Source: Azolla caroliniana
Lineage: Eukaryota; Plantae; Polypodiophyta
Direction of reading: 5' to 3'
DNA length: 64,000 bases
NCBI GenBank assembly: GCA_043228905.1
Contig: JBHGNT010000004.1
Span: 20,770,001-20,834,000, forward strand
This document shows, piece by piece, positions 63,501 to 64,000 of this stretch; positions within the stretch are counted from its first letter, which is position 1; the number at the start of each line of letters is the position of its first letter. The translations under genes and the position numbers were made by a program. The notes under the pieces were generated by a model, which ran no database searches, was not told the origin of the DNA, and worked only from the letters and a program-made list of their open reading frames with translations.

Positions 63501-64000
63501 AACTGACACTCGTAATTCCATCCCAACCCGAACTTTTATCAACTACAAGATGTGACAATACATATTCCACCTCCTCCTTTATATATCCTCCTCCAATGCA
63601 ATCATGACATGTTGCCTACCATTCGCCTTGACTGAGTTAAGTAACATCGATTGCGCTTGTGTCATGTCATCATTCAGAATACAATCTTGCCCAAAAAGAT
63701 TCGGCGTGAAATGTAAATACAATTATCAATAATCACTTGTGGGTTTGTATTCAAAGTTCCATCAATCTCTACACGTACAACATTCATTCTAGCATGACAT
63801 GCATGCAACGCATGACAAAACTTATGTGAATTACAATTGTGAACATGTGCTTCATTTTTCATAGCCATCACTTGTGATTGTTGATAACTGCGAACCTCAA
63901 ATACTTGTAAGGCTTGTGACAATGTCTCTTGAATATCTTACATCAAATCATCAAATGGAATCTTTACCAACAATGTATTGCATCTGTTTAGAAAGTGTTG
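60560..64000 (-). mobile_element. Degenerate L1-like LINE (family A, copy 2), running off the window end
   Basis: SLRQGCPLSPLLF, ALVDDSFLF, WVSWNNICTPKWLGG and FLWRAIVGGLP..TCFF (zf-RVT). Collinear with 39500-41990 plus 49561-49810. Confidence 0.88.
61572..62040. mobile_element. AACCG-rich non-autonomous element inserted in LINE A copy 2
   Basis: aaccg/cggtt-rich ends around an AT-rich core. The host LINE reads through when it is removed (compare 41320-41400). Related to the SYS1 intron element; the exact right end (62023 or ~62045) is uncertain. Confidence 0.7.

Overview
AT-rich land-plant nuclear DNA. A fern or other seedless plant is likely, inferred from the PLS-PPR motif style and the L1 families. 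Four genes look intact: a 23-motif PLS/E-class PPR gene (+, 4996-7623), a 21-exon CTP synthase (-, 9151-15854), a SYS1-like Golgi membrane protein (-, 19620-21761) and a 12-exon 3beta-hydroxysteroid dehydrogenase/C4-decarboxylase with a reticulon tail (+, 50095-54312). Three loci look disabled: a frameshifted, intron-containing HEAT/ARM-like gene (-, 26539-30697), a PLS/E+ PPR pseudogene (-, 56144-58912) and a 5'-truncated, spliced Haspin kinase fragment (+, 58968-59820) that the ORF track misses. The rest is transposon debris: two L1-like LINE families (called A and B here, with B nested inside A), Ty3/gypsy relics, a solo LTR with a TSD, two related AACCG-rich non-autonomous elements, microsatellites and many short tandem duplications. 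The most unusual signal is LINE family B. Both copies carry a variable-number array of ~150-190 bp repeats in the 3' UTR, and one TSD-bounded copy also carries a captured piece of a host rhamnogalacturonan-lyase (PL4) gene between the array and the poly(A) tail. All family assignments come from motif recognition by eye; no database search was run.
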